Below, piece by piece: positions 9,401-18,247 of a DNA stretch of 64,000 nt (position 1 is its first letter; every line of letters starts with the position of its first letter). Both the position numbers and the translations under genes were made by a program. Source of the stretch: an uncultured archaeon (GTDB lineage: Archaea; Thermoplasmatota; Penumbrarchaeia; JASLWR01); assembly GCA_964342815.1 (NCBI GenBank), contig CAYFHS010000005.1, positions 1 to 64,000 of the forward strand, given 5' to 3'. The notes beneath the pieces were generated by a model, which ran no database searches, was not told the DNA's origin, and worked only from the letters and a program-made list of their open reading frames with translations.

Positions 9401-10792
9401 GTAGTGAATCAATACTACATCGCCCGTTCGCACTGTCACGTTCCCGAATACCTTGTCATAATCGCTGTCCATGTCATCCACTGCCCAGTCCGTTATATGG
9501 TTCCCTCCGCTTTCGTTTCCATCGTCAATGCAGTATAGCTCGATCCAGTCATCCCCACCGTCCTTGTCGTCGAACATCACTTCCGTTATAATGAGTATTA
9601 ATTCGGTATAATTTTCATAGACGTAGCTGTAATTTGCGGTATAGCTAACGTTTCCCTCGTCATCGGTGGCTGACACGTTGTATCGAACAGTGGTTCCGGC
9701 AGTCATGGGTGGGCCGTTGTATGCAATTGTGTACGAATAATTATCGCCTTCTCCTTGGCTCATGGGGTGCAGCTCCGATACACCATCGTCCACGGTAACA
9801 GAGATATTTACTGAGCTTACCTGTCCGTCGTCCGTTACGTTCGCGGTCACGGTAACGTCGGTACCTGGTGTCGGATTTCCCTCAGGATTTTGCACTACGG
9901 ATCGAATGACTGGCGGACTGCGAGGAGGGACCGTGGTCATGGGATTTGCCTCGGTATTGAAAATCCAGCTTGCAGTTAGATTCTCAGATGTCTCGTCGTG
10001 TCCGGTCTTGCCGTTTCCAGCGTTCTGCACCTCTTCCGGTTCGCTGAAGTCCGTCCTGTTGAAAGAGTTCCCGCTTCCGTGAGCGCCGCTCTTTATGGAA
10101 GGATAGTTAGAAGCGTCATTGTTGTAGGTAGATGTTGTCGCATCTCCATCATGCTCGCTGTCGATACTGATGGAGCTCTTATCTATCTTGTATGCGTCAT
10201 TGCTCCCCCACCATACTATGTCCACATCTTCCACCAGGTCGTTGGTCCCATCCCAGTAGAAGAGAACCACCGTTTCGCCACCGTCGGTCAACCCCACCGA
10301 TCCGCCAATGAAACCGTTTGTACCATTCATCAGGGGTGATTCCACCCCTTCCAGACAGTAGTTGGGAACTTTTCCCCCGTATTCGGCAATGAAATCAGTG
10401 GAATTCATAGCAATTACCTGATACCCTCCGGGTGGGATTGTAGAGTCTGACGGGAAACCTGCTAAAAAATCCGTGGCATAGGTGTGATTGAAGCCGGTAG
10501 TGGTATTTACCAGATTATAGTAATCGATAATATCCGCTAGATAATAGTTATCAAGAGAGATCGCCCCCTCGGTAGGATTGAAAATTTCAATGAACTCGCC
10601 TGTGCTGGGCGTTACACATACTTCACTTAAAAGAAGATGATCCGCGATTGATCTATTCCCCCGGACGGGAGCGGACTCAATCCTCGTTCCACTTATAATA
10701 GGTAAGTTCGTCATTAACAACAATAGAATCAATCCAAGGCAAATGGTCCTTAGGAGTGAGTATTTTTCATTCGTTTTTTTAGCACTATCCAT
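6473..10792 (-). CDS. Paralogous type-I membrane surface protein with three LTD domains and Ig-like domains
   Basis: Colinear with 2468..6373 (DHLLLSEVCVTPSTGEFIEIFNPT versus DHLLLTEICVTPTAGEFLEIFNPT). Signal peptide, TM LWTVLIVLVVLIIGVIIVIVIYLL, long acidic cytoplasmic tail. Confidence 0.87.
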   Translation of the reverse strand: MDSAKKTNEKYSLLRTICLGLILLLLMTNLPIISGTRIESAPVRGNRSIADHLLLSEVCVTPSTGEFIEIFNPTEGAISLDNYYLADIIDYYNLVNTTTGFNHTYATDFLAGFPSDSTIPPGGYQVIAMNSTDFIAEYGGKVPNYCLEGVESPLMNGTNGFIGGSVGLTDGGETVVLFYWDGTNDLVEDVDIVWWGSNDAYKIDKSSISIDSEHDGDATTSTYNNDASNYPSIKSGAHGSGNSFNRTDFSEPEEVQNAGNGKTGHDETSENLTASWIFNTEANPMTTVPPRSPPVIRSVVQNPEGNPTPGTDVTVTANVTDDGQVSSVNISVTVDDGVSELHPMSQGEGDNYSYTIAYNGPPMTAGTTVRYNVSATDDEGNVSYTANYSYVYENYTELILIITEVMFDDKDGGDDWIELYCIDDGNESGGNHITDWAVDDMDSDYDKVFGNVTVRTGDVVLIHYNDGVTPDETNALDRNIDGVIDLYTGASNTRLKVQGDQVILIDPEDNIKDAVCWTFNDTLSSGTEANDMNVLFGSGQWNSSENSSCVDSEDVEEGWSIARSKGEVDTNSKADWYAMESPSPGNFGNLSNLPPEIHNVILDPMPEDGTVLPMNNVTITARITHDNGILSANITWTLNGTPQENIPLMDDGNDPDVNAGDDNWTAVLPKQTEGSVVVISVEAYDTTLEHRISGSITITFSEPPEILKMLITEVMFDDKDTDDDWVELYCVDDGNSDNGNYITGWSVDDMDSDHDKVFGNVSVRTGDVVLLHYNDGVTPDENDSSGGNGDGVIDLYTGASNTRLKMEGDQVALYNHEGDIFDAVCWTYNNTLSSSTEADDMADLYDAGQWMSAENSSCVASDDVKEGWSISRIRVEPDTNSKNDWETLKTPTPGEGPALPVPFSFNFNVLMTGSAQAPIDGSFVINWSVGGDDNFVLQANISLYYYIDDLDGTGIFLTYLNPATEEYVWNLLGLDEGTYYVQVLIDDGIKAPYTINTSYALEIVELLPPEVEATVPANLATGIKTESDIKVIFNSKMDIDSFKIEDTFTISPAIHGTFKLEGEMTAVFDPEVSMSFNTAYDITLDGVMSAEGAEMVNSYEFSFTTEILHLYKITGTVVPKDAAVSIDGGSVDVTNGQFESLQPNGSYRIVISAEGFETHIDMFTIYGSDKDLGDIELDELPPEMYEVPRLGPFVYKGTTLPVEGVNLSLEINSVTYYADTDSDGYARFILPMEEIPEGTTITAKKDAETQSWKWEVENNPYDLFIKPDDGINGNGKDTDKGSETTLWTVLIVLVVLIIGVIIVIVIYLLRTKKKDIETGSTPIEPNVEQAVVMEEKTGGGTEIHVHEEAIPGESTDDIESPGDQVKEESVQEVVLEEKEGSGFPVEAAPETAGVGGNGENQAMIPASEKEGTELQTLENVFESTLNDEHTITDEELLDE

Positions 10793-10974
10793 AATTTCAC
10801 CTTATCTATCCAATATCGGAAAGATGAAAAAGCATTGTCAGTAAACAATACGGAGAAGATTATGGTGCTTTATATAATATTGGGGTCAATTTCACATATA
10901 TCTAATAAAAAAAAAAGAAAAGTCGGGGCAGTGAAATCCAAGCTGCCCCTTATACTAAAGACGGCATGGATTGT

Positions 10975-11916
10975 TTATACTTTCTTCATTCTTCCGATCA
11001 CGGGCTCATAAATAAGCCCCTTGTTAAGAAGGCGCCCCATGGTCTCTTCAAGGCTGTCGCGGGGTATTTTCTTCGTTTCTGAGATTCCGAGAATATCGTC
11101 CCATAAAGCTCCGTCGCCCCCTGCATCCCCCGAGTCCACCTCTTCGATGATGTCCAGCACGATTTTGTCCAGTTCTTCGTCCGAAAACTCTGTGGAGTCC
11201 TCGCTCCCTTGCGGTTTTGTTTCACTTTCGAACGAGGTTAGGTATTCCCCATTTATCTCCCGGGAAGGAGTTGGTGTAAACTCCTCGCTCTGTTTCTCTC
11301 TCAATACTGTTGTCAATGCCGATACCATGTTCCTGAAGTACATGTCGGTGTCGACACTGCCGTAGTGCTCAATAGCGAGGATGGCTCCTTCCGCCACCGC
11401 GGGAGTGAATCCAAGTTTGATGAGTTCATCCGCTTCCGGCTTTGTCATTTTCTCCGCTTCGATATATGCCTCGATCCTCTCTTTTGTGGACTTTCCGGTA
11501 CGGACGCACCAGTAATCGCGGAGGTTCTCATCGACCTCCTTAATGAGTTCGGGATTGACCGATACGAAGAATCCGCCGTCCTCGGGCTCGAACGACCGGA
11601 CCTTCCCAACCACTGCCACGTATGCAGGGAAGGAAATGTCGGCCAAAACTGCTGTGGCTGCAGGGTTATACTGACCCGCGGAAAGGTAGAAGTGCCCCGT
11701 TGTATCCGATACCTTTGCTCTGAAGAACGGCTCATCCGGGGAACCGAGGTTCTCAACGTCAGTCAGGACACCCACGATGAAAACCCGGTTTATCTTGGCG
11801 CCAAGGGGACTTATCACATAGTTTGGGGAGTATTCTCCCTCACCTTCCACCTTCACGGCGGATCTGTTGAATTCATCTGCAAATATCCGATATGCCATCT
11901 CTCGGGGGTTGCTCAT
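10975..11916 (-). CDS. RPA-associated OB-fold protein (RPA2/RPA32-like, COG3390) with C-terminal winged helix
   Basis: REMAYRIFADEF...NYVISPLGAKINRVFIVGVLT...DTTGHFYLSAGQY is typical of the family; C-terminal wHTH ending RLLNKGLIYEP. Lies 3 nt downstream of the large RPA gene. Confidence 0.88.
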   Translation of the reverse strand: MSNPREMAYRIFADEFNRSAVKVEGEGEYSPNYVISPLGAKINRVFIVGVLTDVENLGSPDEPFFRAKVSDTTGHFYLSAGQYNPAATAVLADISFPAYVAVVGKVRSFEPEDGGFFVSVNPELIKEVDENLRDYWCVRTGKSTKERIEAYIEAEKMTKPEADELIKLGFTPAVAEGAILAIEHYGSVDTDMYFRNMVSALTTVLREKQSEEFTPTPSREINGEYLTSFESETKPQGSEDSTEFSDEELDKIVLDIIEEVDSGDAGGDGALWDDILGISETKKIPRDSLEETMGRLLNKGLIYEPVIGRMKKV

Positions 11917-11919
11917 CTA

Positions 11920-13536
11920 TCACACCCCCAGTTCCTCTAGGAATTCGGCTACTTCCGACCTCGGGTCCATCTTCGAGAACTCGAAGCTGTTGGCGATCAT
12001 CATTATCCCGTACTCGTCGTTGGTTACATTTCCTTTCACCGTGACAGGTTTTGCTACCAGCAGATCGAAAATATCGTCGCTTATCATCTCGGGATTGTTG
12101 ATGTTTTCCTTCACGATATCAATGGCCCGTTCAAGAGAAATGTTCAGTATCTTCTCAGTTAGATCTCGCCCTATGATGAGGTGCAGTGCCCCGGTACCGT
12201 CGTCAAGCACAGCTTTGATCCTGAGGTCGGGCTCGCCCTCCACCTTCTTGTGGATGGCACAGGTTCCCTTGGAAAGAACGCGTCTGCAGATAGGACAGCG
12301 CCATATGAGCCCGCTTCCTCTCTTGATGTCGAGGATGGCCCCGTCCACCTTAATATTGAGAGCCCCGTCAGATGCGATGAGGCTGCCAATGGACCTCATG
12401 TTCTCTTCGGAAATGATGGAGGTGGGCGGAAGCTCGGAGCTGTCCAGTTTAATCACTTTCGTGTTTTCACCGAAGGTGAGCTGCGGTCCTCTCCACTGTC
12501 GGATGTATGCACCTTCGATTCGGATGACATCGTTGGCTTTGAGATCGAAATCCTCCCAGGCCGAAAACGAACATGTTCCCGTCTCATCACCGCACAATCC
12601 TGAGAAAACGGACTTGGTTCCACCGGCCGCATTCACCGTTCTTTGCTCCACTTCAAGGATCCTTACCTTTGTGATCAAATATTCCTGGCCTTCTTTGAAA
12701 TCATTGACCTTGAACTCCTTCGGGGTTATACCCAGTTCTTCTTCGTCGCTCAATCGTTTGATCTCGGTCCTTTCGTTGAAGGCCAATTGGATTCGGCCCC
12801 CCCAGCTTTTAGTATAAGCGTTGTTTATCTCAACTACCTCACCTAAGCCAAAATTGAATTCATCCCAAGCGCTGAACTGTACGGTCCCCGTGGAATCCCC
12901 CAGGACACCTCCAAGGACAGTTCTTTCTTCGCCCTTGACTGTCACCTTACGATCCCGGAGACTTAGTATCTTGCCTTTCACGTTGATATTGCTCATTCGG
13001 TCTTCAAGCTCGTGAATGGCAAGGTCGCGGCTCATCTGCTGCGGAATCGCTCCCACGGCATCGGCCGGTACTTTCTCTATGCTGACGCGGTTGCCGAAAT
13101 TCACCTGCACCCTACCGCCAAACTCGCCCCGCACATAGGCATTTTTTATTAGTACGGTATCACCTTTTTGAAGTTCCACTTCCTGCCACGAGGTGAAGGG
13201 AAGTACTCCGGAAGAATCACCCATCAATCCATAATAGATGGTTTTTTCACCCCCGTCCATGGTTATGGTCTTGGGATTGATCGAGAGCACTCTCACCCGG
13301 AGATCCACCGAAGGCTCATTGTCCGTCAGTTCCATCAAGGGACGCGGGGCTCCCAATTTTGAGATGTCGCCGCCAAAATTCTTCACGATCGCCTTTTTTG
13401 CACTGGGAATATCTATCATGAATTTCTCAGTGTATTCTACTAGTTTTTCTTGGATCGTTTCACGATCCGCTTTTCCTTCGAGCACCCTTTCGATTTCATT
13501 AACGTGGGATGCGTATCTGTTTTGTTCATTACTCAT
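11920..13536 (-). CDS. rpa: Replication protein A large subunit (four OB folds, Zn finger)
   Basis: Repeated OB motifs (D/S)xSGx(L/V)xFxxW; CPIC-x8-CAIH Zn finger in the last OB fold; EPDLRIKAVLDDGTG motif. Confidence 0.92.
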   Translation of the reverse strand: MSNEQNRYASHVNEIERVLEGKADRETIQEKLVEYTEKFMIDIPSAKKAIVKNFGGDISKLGAPRPLMELTDNEPSVDLRVRVLSINPKTITMDGGEKTIYYGLMGDSSGVLPFTSWQEVELQKGDTVLIKNAYVRGEFGGRVQVNFGNRVSIEKVPADAVGAIPQQMSRDLAIHELEDRMSNINVKGKILSLRDRKVTVKGEERTVLGGVLGDSTGTVQFSAWDEFNFGLGEVVEINNAYTKSWGGRIQLAFNERTEIKRLSDEEELGITPKEFKVNDFKEGQEYLITKVRILEVEQRTVNAAGGTKSVFSGLCGDETGTCSFSAWEDFDLKANDVIRIEGAYIRQWRGPQLTFGENTKVIKLDSSELPPTSIISEENMRSIGSLIASDGALNIKVDGAILDIKRGSGLIWRCPICRRVLSKGTCAIHKKVEGEPDLRIKAVLDDGTGALHLIIGRDLTEKILNISLERAIDIVKENINNPEMISDDIFDLLVAKPVTVKGNVTNDEYGIMMIANSFEFSKMDPRSEVAEFLEELGV

Positions 13537-13873
13537 TTCAAAACCTCAGTTTTCTTTTTCCCGGCGTTCTTTTTCTGCCGCAAATTATCGGTTTTTGCCG
13601 GGTGGAACGAGTAATACACTTATCTATATATATACCTTTACGGGGGAGGGGGGTGAGTGAAAGTAAAACTTAAATAGAATAATTTTAAGATGAAAAAATA
13701 CCAAAATATGGGGTAAAATAACGACTTTTCTTAACCTGATTCAGTGCAGGAGTTATCCAAATAATTGTGAAATTGCCCTGAACAGTTTTACATCGATACA
13801 AATAATTCAAATAATATGACTAATAATCAGTGATCGATCTTAATCGGAATAGATGATTGTCCAGGTGTTTTGG

Positions 13874-16800
13874 ATGAAGCATCGAAAAGTCGTTATAATC
13901 CTCCTCCTAGTCCTCCTTAATTCTCTTGTTGGAATCCAATTGAGCAGGAATCCTTTAAGAGAAAAAGCGATTAAGGCTCGCTTTTTGGATTTTGGTTCTC
14001 ATGGACTGAATACGCAGGATAATGGTCGAAGCCTTTTGGAAACTGATGATTTGGGTGGTTCATGGTTTGACGATTTCGTGAATTCGTCAGCACTGGAAAG
14101 GATGGATAACGTATCCCAATATGACAATGGTATTATGCTGATGGGAAATCGTTCAAGGGAATCATGGCATTATAATGGTTGGTTGAACCGAACTGTGATT
14201 GAGATTGACAATCCATCGGGACAATATCTATCGGGATATCAGGTGGATTTGTCTGTTCCGTTCATCCCTGGTATGCAGTCTGATTTTGATGACCTGCGTT
14301 TCACCTACCTGAATGAAAACGACGGGACGGAAGTTCCTCTTCCGCATTGGGTGCAGGAATACTCCAATTCTATTTGTTCTAAAATTTGGATAAATATTAC
14401 AGAGATTCATGCAGATACGAGTACCACGCTGTTTATGTATTATGGGAATGATGAAGCTTTGAATACCAGCAACGGAGATTCAACATTCTTATTCTTCGAT
14501 GATTTTTCAGGTCCGAGCATCGACCTTAACAAATGGATCGAACCCCACACGGGAAGTCAGGCGTCATATTCCATTGATGATGGGAATCTGTTCCTTGAGG
14601 TTTCCAACGTCTGGGTTGATGCAGAGAACTGTTTTAAGAAAACTCCCGTGAATCTGGATGATCGGATTGTTGAGTCAAGGCAAAAGATGGAGGAAGGCGG
14701 AACGAAATCCGGAAACGCGATTACCAGTTGTTTGGGTCTGGGGATGGGTGAAACAAATTTAAGTTGGTCCAGGCTATATGGCCGGTCTAACAAGGAAAAC
14801 ACATGGCTGAAATACACATCATCCGATTTCCCGGAAGGTACAATGTGGGATCAGAGCACCTGGGATGGTGGTATCACACCCTATCATATACTTGGATTGG
14901 CAAAGGATGGAGATGAGATCGGTTTATTTGAAGATTCAAAATTAATTACGGTTTATGAAGATACTGGTATAACAGAAGATGAGTATAAATTATGGATAAA
15001 CAATAAAGTCTACGGATATGCCGGTAACGGTTTTGGAAGGATGTGGACGGATTGGTTTCGCATCCGTAATCATATCACACCCGAACCTGTCTTACATTTT
15101 CTCCCAAATGAGGGTTCAGTTCGTTCAAAATCGATAAGCCTTCCTCAATCCATGTCGTGGGAAATATTGTCACTGGATAAATCAGAACCCGTAAATACGA
15201 ACCTCTGCATCACTGTAGTAGACGCGGATACCAATACCGCCGTGGCCGGATATGATAAACTGCCCGATGAAATCATAGACCTGTCGGGTCTAAATTCTCT
15301 GGGTATAACAAATATCAGTTTGCTTGGAATTTTCTCCGGTAATGGCAGTGCAACACCGCTGCTGGAATCCTGGGGAGTGGAATGGGTCGCCCAAAATGCA
15401 TGGCGGGACAGTTTTACCGGAAATGGAAAGCTCGTCATTGCCAACAATGTGAAAATATCAAACGAGATACAACCAATTGTATTAGATAAGATCGGATTCA
15501 TCCGATCGGAATTGATCTTTCGCCCGGAGAACATGGTATGGAACGGTCTTTACATGCATCTATCACTTCCGAAATATACAACTCTTGACATCCTGGTAAA
15601 TAGTGGAGTAACCGATGAAATTCTGATGGCCGATTCCGGTAGCGACGGGGATCTGTATCTCGACCTTTCATCCATTGATTCATTGGCGAACAGTGCCGTA
15701 TATCTACAGGCAAATTTAATTTCAGCATCCGGGCAGAGTCCCGTTCTTTACGATTGGGGAATTCGATATTCCGTGGATTCCGCGGAGCCTGTGGCCGTGG
15801 CAGGCAATGATCTCGTCATCGATCAGAACGATATTGTATATTTCAATGGAAGTGCCAGTTATGATAACGTGGGCCTAATCAATTATACCTGGTCGTTTTT
15901 ATACGGCCTGGACGTAATAAATTTATATGGGATGAACGCGGAATTCTGCTTTAAGGATGCAGGCCTATTTCCGGTAACATTGATGGTTTCAGATGCAGCT
16001 GGATATCCGGGAGCAGATGAGATTCTCGTAACGGTTCGGGATTCGACCCCTCCATTGGCCAAGGCTGGCACCGATATGATCGTGCATCAATACACTTATT
16101 TTATTTTCAACGGATCGGCCAGTTCTGACAATATGGGGATAATGAACTTTTCGTGGTCATTCGAATATGATGACGAAGTAATTAATCTCTATGGTGAAGA
16201 AACATCCTTCTATTTTGTCGCTCCCGGAATTTACGTGATAACTCTCGAGCTTTTTGATTTCAATGACAACCGGGCTGAGGATTCATTCGTAGTTCACGTT
16301 CAGGATAAAATAAAGCCCACTGCAATGGCTGGAGATGATATGGTAACGAATGAGGGGGAACTGATAATCCTGAACGGAAACGGTAGTACGGATAATGACG
16401 GTATAGAGAATTATTCCTGGTTCTTTGTTGATAATGGTGATTTTGTCGTGTTGTACGGTCAAAATGTTTCACATGTATTCTCGACTACGGGCGAATATCT
16501 CGTGACCCTAGTGGTTAGAGATTCGGATAAGAATCTCGACACTGACAATATGACGGTATTCGTAGGGCAAAACAATGAAACATCGGCAGAGGAAGAAACC
16601 GATACGGATGGTGACGGCTACAGCAACACCTATGAGAATGCATCCGGCAGCGATCCTTATGATCCAAAGTCAATCCCATTGGACTGGGATGGGGATGGGG
16701 TTCGGAACGAATGGGATGCCTATCCACGGGACCCGTCAAGGTGGTTGAAGGAGGATGGAGGGATGAATTATCTCAATATTACCATCTATCTGGGTCTCGG

Positions 16801-17266
16801 TTTGATACTTTTCCTTATCTGTTTTATTGGCTATACCAGAATCAGCCAGAAAAATATATTCAATCATCGGACAAGGGTTAATATATGTTCATATATCCAG
16901 GAGCATCCCGGTCTTTATTTCCGTGAATTATCCAGGCGGATGAATATTAATTCCAGTACACTTCATCATCATATCAGGAAGTTGGAAGAAGCCAATGTAA
17001 TAAACGCAATTTCCGACGGGTATTTATTGAGATATTATTTTGGAAAACCAGGTGATGATTTTCCATCGCTTACTCCAGCGCAGGAAAAGATGATCAGTCT
17101 AATATCTAATAATTCTGGAATAACCTACAAACAGTTGATCGATAGGACGAATCTTTCCTATCCGACGATATCGTATCATGTAAGCTCGCTTGTAGACCGT
17201 GGAGTGATCACGAAAGTCAAAAACGAAGGATTGATCCATCTATATGTTAATAAAATTGATTTTTAA
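13874..17266 (+). CDS. Membrane-anchored protein: DUF2341 + three PKD + TSP3-like Ca-binding motif + TM + cytoplasmic double winged-helix (COG3398-like)
   Basis: Start probably ATG 13874 (AGGTG upstream; ORF track start 13853). DFDDLRFT..LPHWVQ..IWINI..YMYYGN (DUF2341); AGxD..FNGSxSxDNxG..YxWxF (PKD); DTDGDG/DWDGDG; TM about 16778-16835; HPGLYFRELSRR..TLHHHIRKLE and SGITYKQL..PTISYHVSSL (two HTHs). Confidence 0.88.
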   Translation: MKHRKVVIILLLVLLNSLVGIQLSRNPLREKAIKARFLDFGSHGLNTQDNGRSLLETDDLGGSWFDDFVNSSALERMDNVSQYDNGIMLMGNRSRESWHYNGWLNRTVIEIDNPSGQYLSGYQVDLSVPFIPGMQSDFDDLRFTYLNENDGTEVPLPHWVQEYSNSICSKIWINITEIHADTSTTLFMYYGNDEALNTSNGDSTFLFFDDFSGPSIDLNKWIEPHTGSQASYSIDDGNLFLEVSNVWVDAENCFKKTPVNLDDRIVESRQKMEEGGTKSGNAITSCLGLGMGETNLSWSRLYGRSNKENTWLKYTSSDFPEGTMWDQSTWDGGITPYHILGLAKDGDEIGLFEDSKLITVYEDTGITEDEYKLWINNKVYGYAGNGFGRMWTDWFRIRNHITPEPVLHFLPNEGSVRSKSISLPQSMSWEILSLDKSEPVNTNLCITVVDADTNTAVAGYDKLPDEIIDLSGLNSLGITNISLLGIFSGNGSATPLLESWGVEWVAQNAWRDSFTGNGKLVIANNVKISNEIQPIVLDKIGFIRSELIFRPENMVWNGLYMHLSLPKYTTLDILVNSGVTDEILMADSGSDGDLYLDLSSIDSLANSAVYLQANLISASGQSPVLYDWGIRYSVDSAEPVAVAGNDLVIDQNDIVYFNGSASYDNVGLINYTWSFLYGLDVINLYGMNAEFCFKDAGLFPVTLMVSDAAGYPGADEILVTVRDSTPPLAKAGTDMIVHQYTYFIFNGSASSDNMGIMNFSWSFEYDDEVINLYGEETSFYFVAPGIYVITLELFDFNDNRAEDSFVVHVQDKIKPTAMAGDDMVTNEGELIILNGNGSTDNDGIENYSWFFVDNGDFVVLYGQNVSHVFSTTGEYLVTLVVRDSDKNLDTDNMTVFVGQNNETSAEEETDTDGDGYSNTYENASGSDPYDPKSIPLDWDGDGVRNEWDAYPRDPSRWLKEDGGMNYLNITIYLGLGLILFLICFIGYTRISQKNIFNHRTRVNICSYIQEHPGLYFRELSRRMNINSSTLHHHIRKLEEANVINAISDGYLLRYYFGKPGDDFPSLTPAQEKMISLISNNSGITYKQLIDRTNLSYPTISYHVSSLVDRGVITKVKNEGLIHLYVNKIDF

Positions 17267-17488
17267 TATTTTTTTCCCCTGGACCAAAACAGCGCCGTGA
17301 GTCCAACGGCCTACCAGCGTTTGATGGCAGATTTCTCATTGTGAAACTGTATTCTTAAACATGACTGGACATGGTTATTTCGAATGTTGTTTTAGAAACC
17401 ATATATACTGATACGCAGGTTAAGGGTATAAGCGAGACATTTTCTTCACGACCAAGGGGTAAATGCCCGGCACTGGGGAGTGTGAGAT

Positions 17489-17959
17489 ATGGAAAAGGAA
17501 TTGCAGAAAAAATTTCAAAAGAATGCCGTTAAACCGATCCCTGCCCACCGTAAGCTTCATTTCAATGGTAACAGAAGAGCAATATTCAATTATATCTGGG
17601 AGAACCCCGGTGCGCATTATTCAAGGATAAAAAGAGAGACCGGCCTTGGCTCGGGAGTAATAACCCATCATATCCGTGAACTTGAAAAAAAAGGGCTGAT
17701 TCAATCGCATTGCGGTAAATACCCGAAACGGTTCTATCCTCATGGAATGACAATCAGCTGTGAACCCCTCAGTGTAAAACAGATGGAGGTTGTGGAAGTA
17801 ATTTCAAGGAGGAAAAATATCTCCGCGAATGAAATCGCCATGGAATTGGGCAAGACCCGTCAGGCTGTTATTTATCATTTGAAGAACCTTTCCAATCTTG
17901 GTGTCATAAGATCGAAAGTGAATAAGAGGAAAATGCTTTGGTATACTATTGGTCGGTGA
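17489..17959 (+). CDS. Soluble double winged-helix transcriptional regulator
   Basis: RRAIFNYIWENPGAHYSRIKRETGLGSGVITHHIRELEKKGLI and QMEVVEVISRRKNISANEIAMELGKTRQAVIYHLKNL. Same two-wHTH layout as the tails of both neighbours. Confidence 0.88.
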   Translation: MEKELQKKFQKNAVKPIPAHRKLHFNGNRRAIFNYIWENPGAHYSRIKRETGLGSGVITHHIRELEKKGLIQSHCGKYPKRFYPHGMTISCEPLSVKQMEVVEVISRRKNISANEIAMELGKTRQAVIYHLKNLSNLGVIRSKVNKRKMLWYTIGR

Positions 17960-18247
17960 ATTTCACGGGCCGAAAAGACCGACGTCACAAAAATCAATTT
18001 TTTTTTAACTATAAATTTTTAGAATCCAATATTATCTCAATAATGTCCGAATGAAATATGTCATATTTTGAATCTTGTTACATAATGTTTATAAGCCTAC
18101 AAGTATTAATTTTACTGTTAAACCGGATTCCCAATGTGGAACTAACCATGAATCATGGCCAGATCGAATGATGTCGTCCCCAAAATGTGAATGGTTGTGT
18201 TCCACTGCATTTTTTTGGAAATCCTGGATACAATAGTCGGTGTACAT

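Noticed and set aside
11867-12817. 316-aa antisense ORF over rpa (also 56585..57415, 36089..36730 and other long antisense ORFs)
   Set aside because: Fully overlap well-supported genes on the opposite strand and show no family motifs.
17294-17330. Two small adjacent hairpins after the first wHTH receptor gene (tRNA fragment or riboswitch?)
   Set aside because: Stems are only 5-6 bp, loops lack tRNA consensus, and there is no recognisable aptamer.
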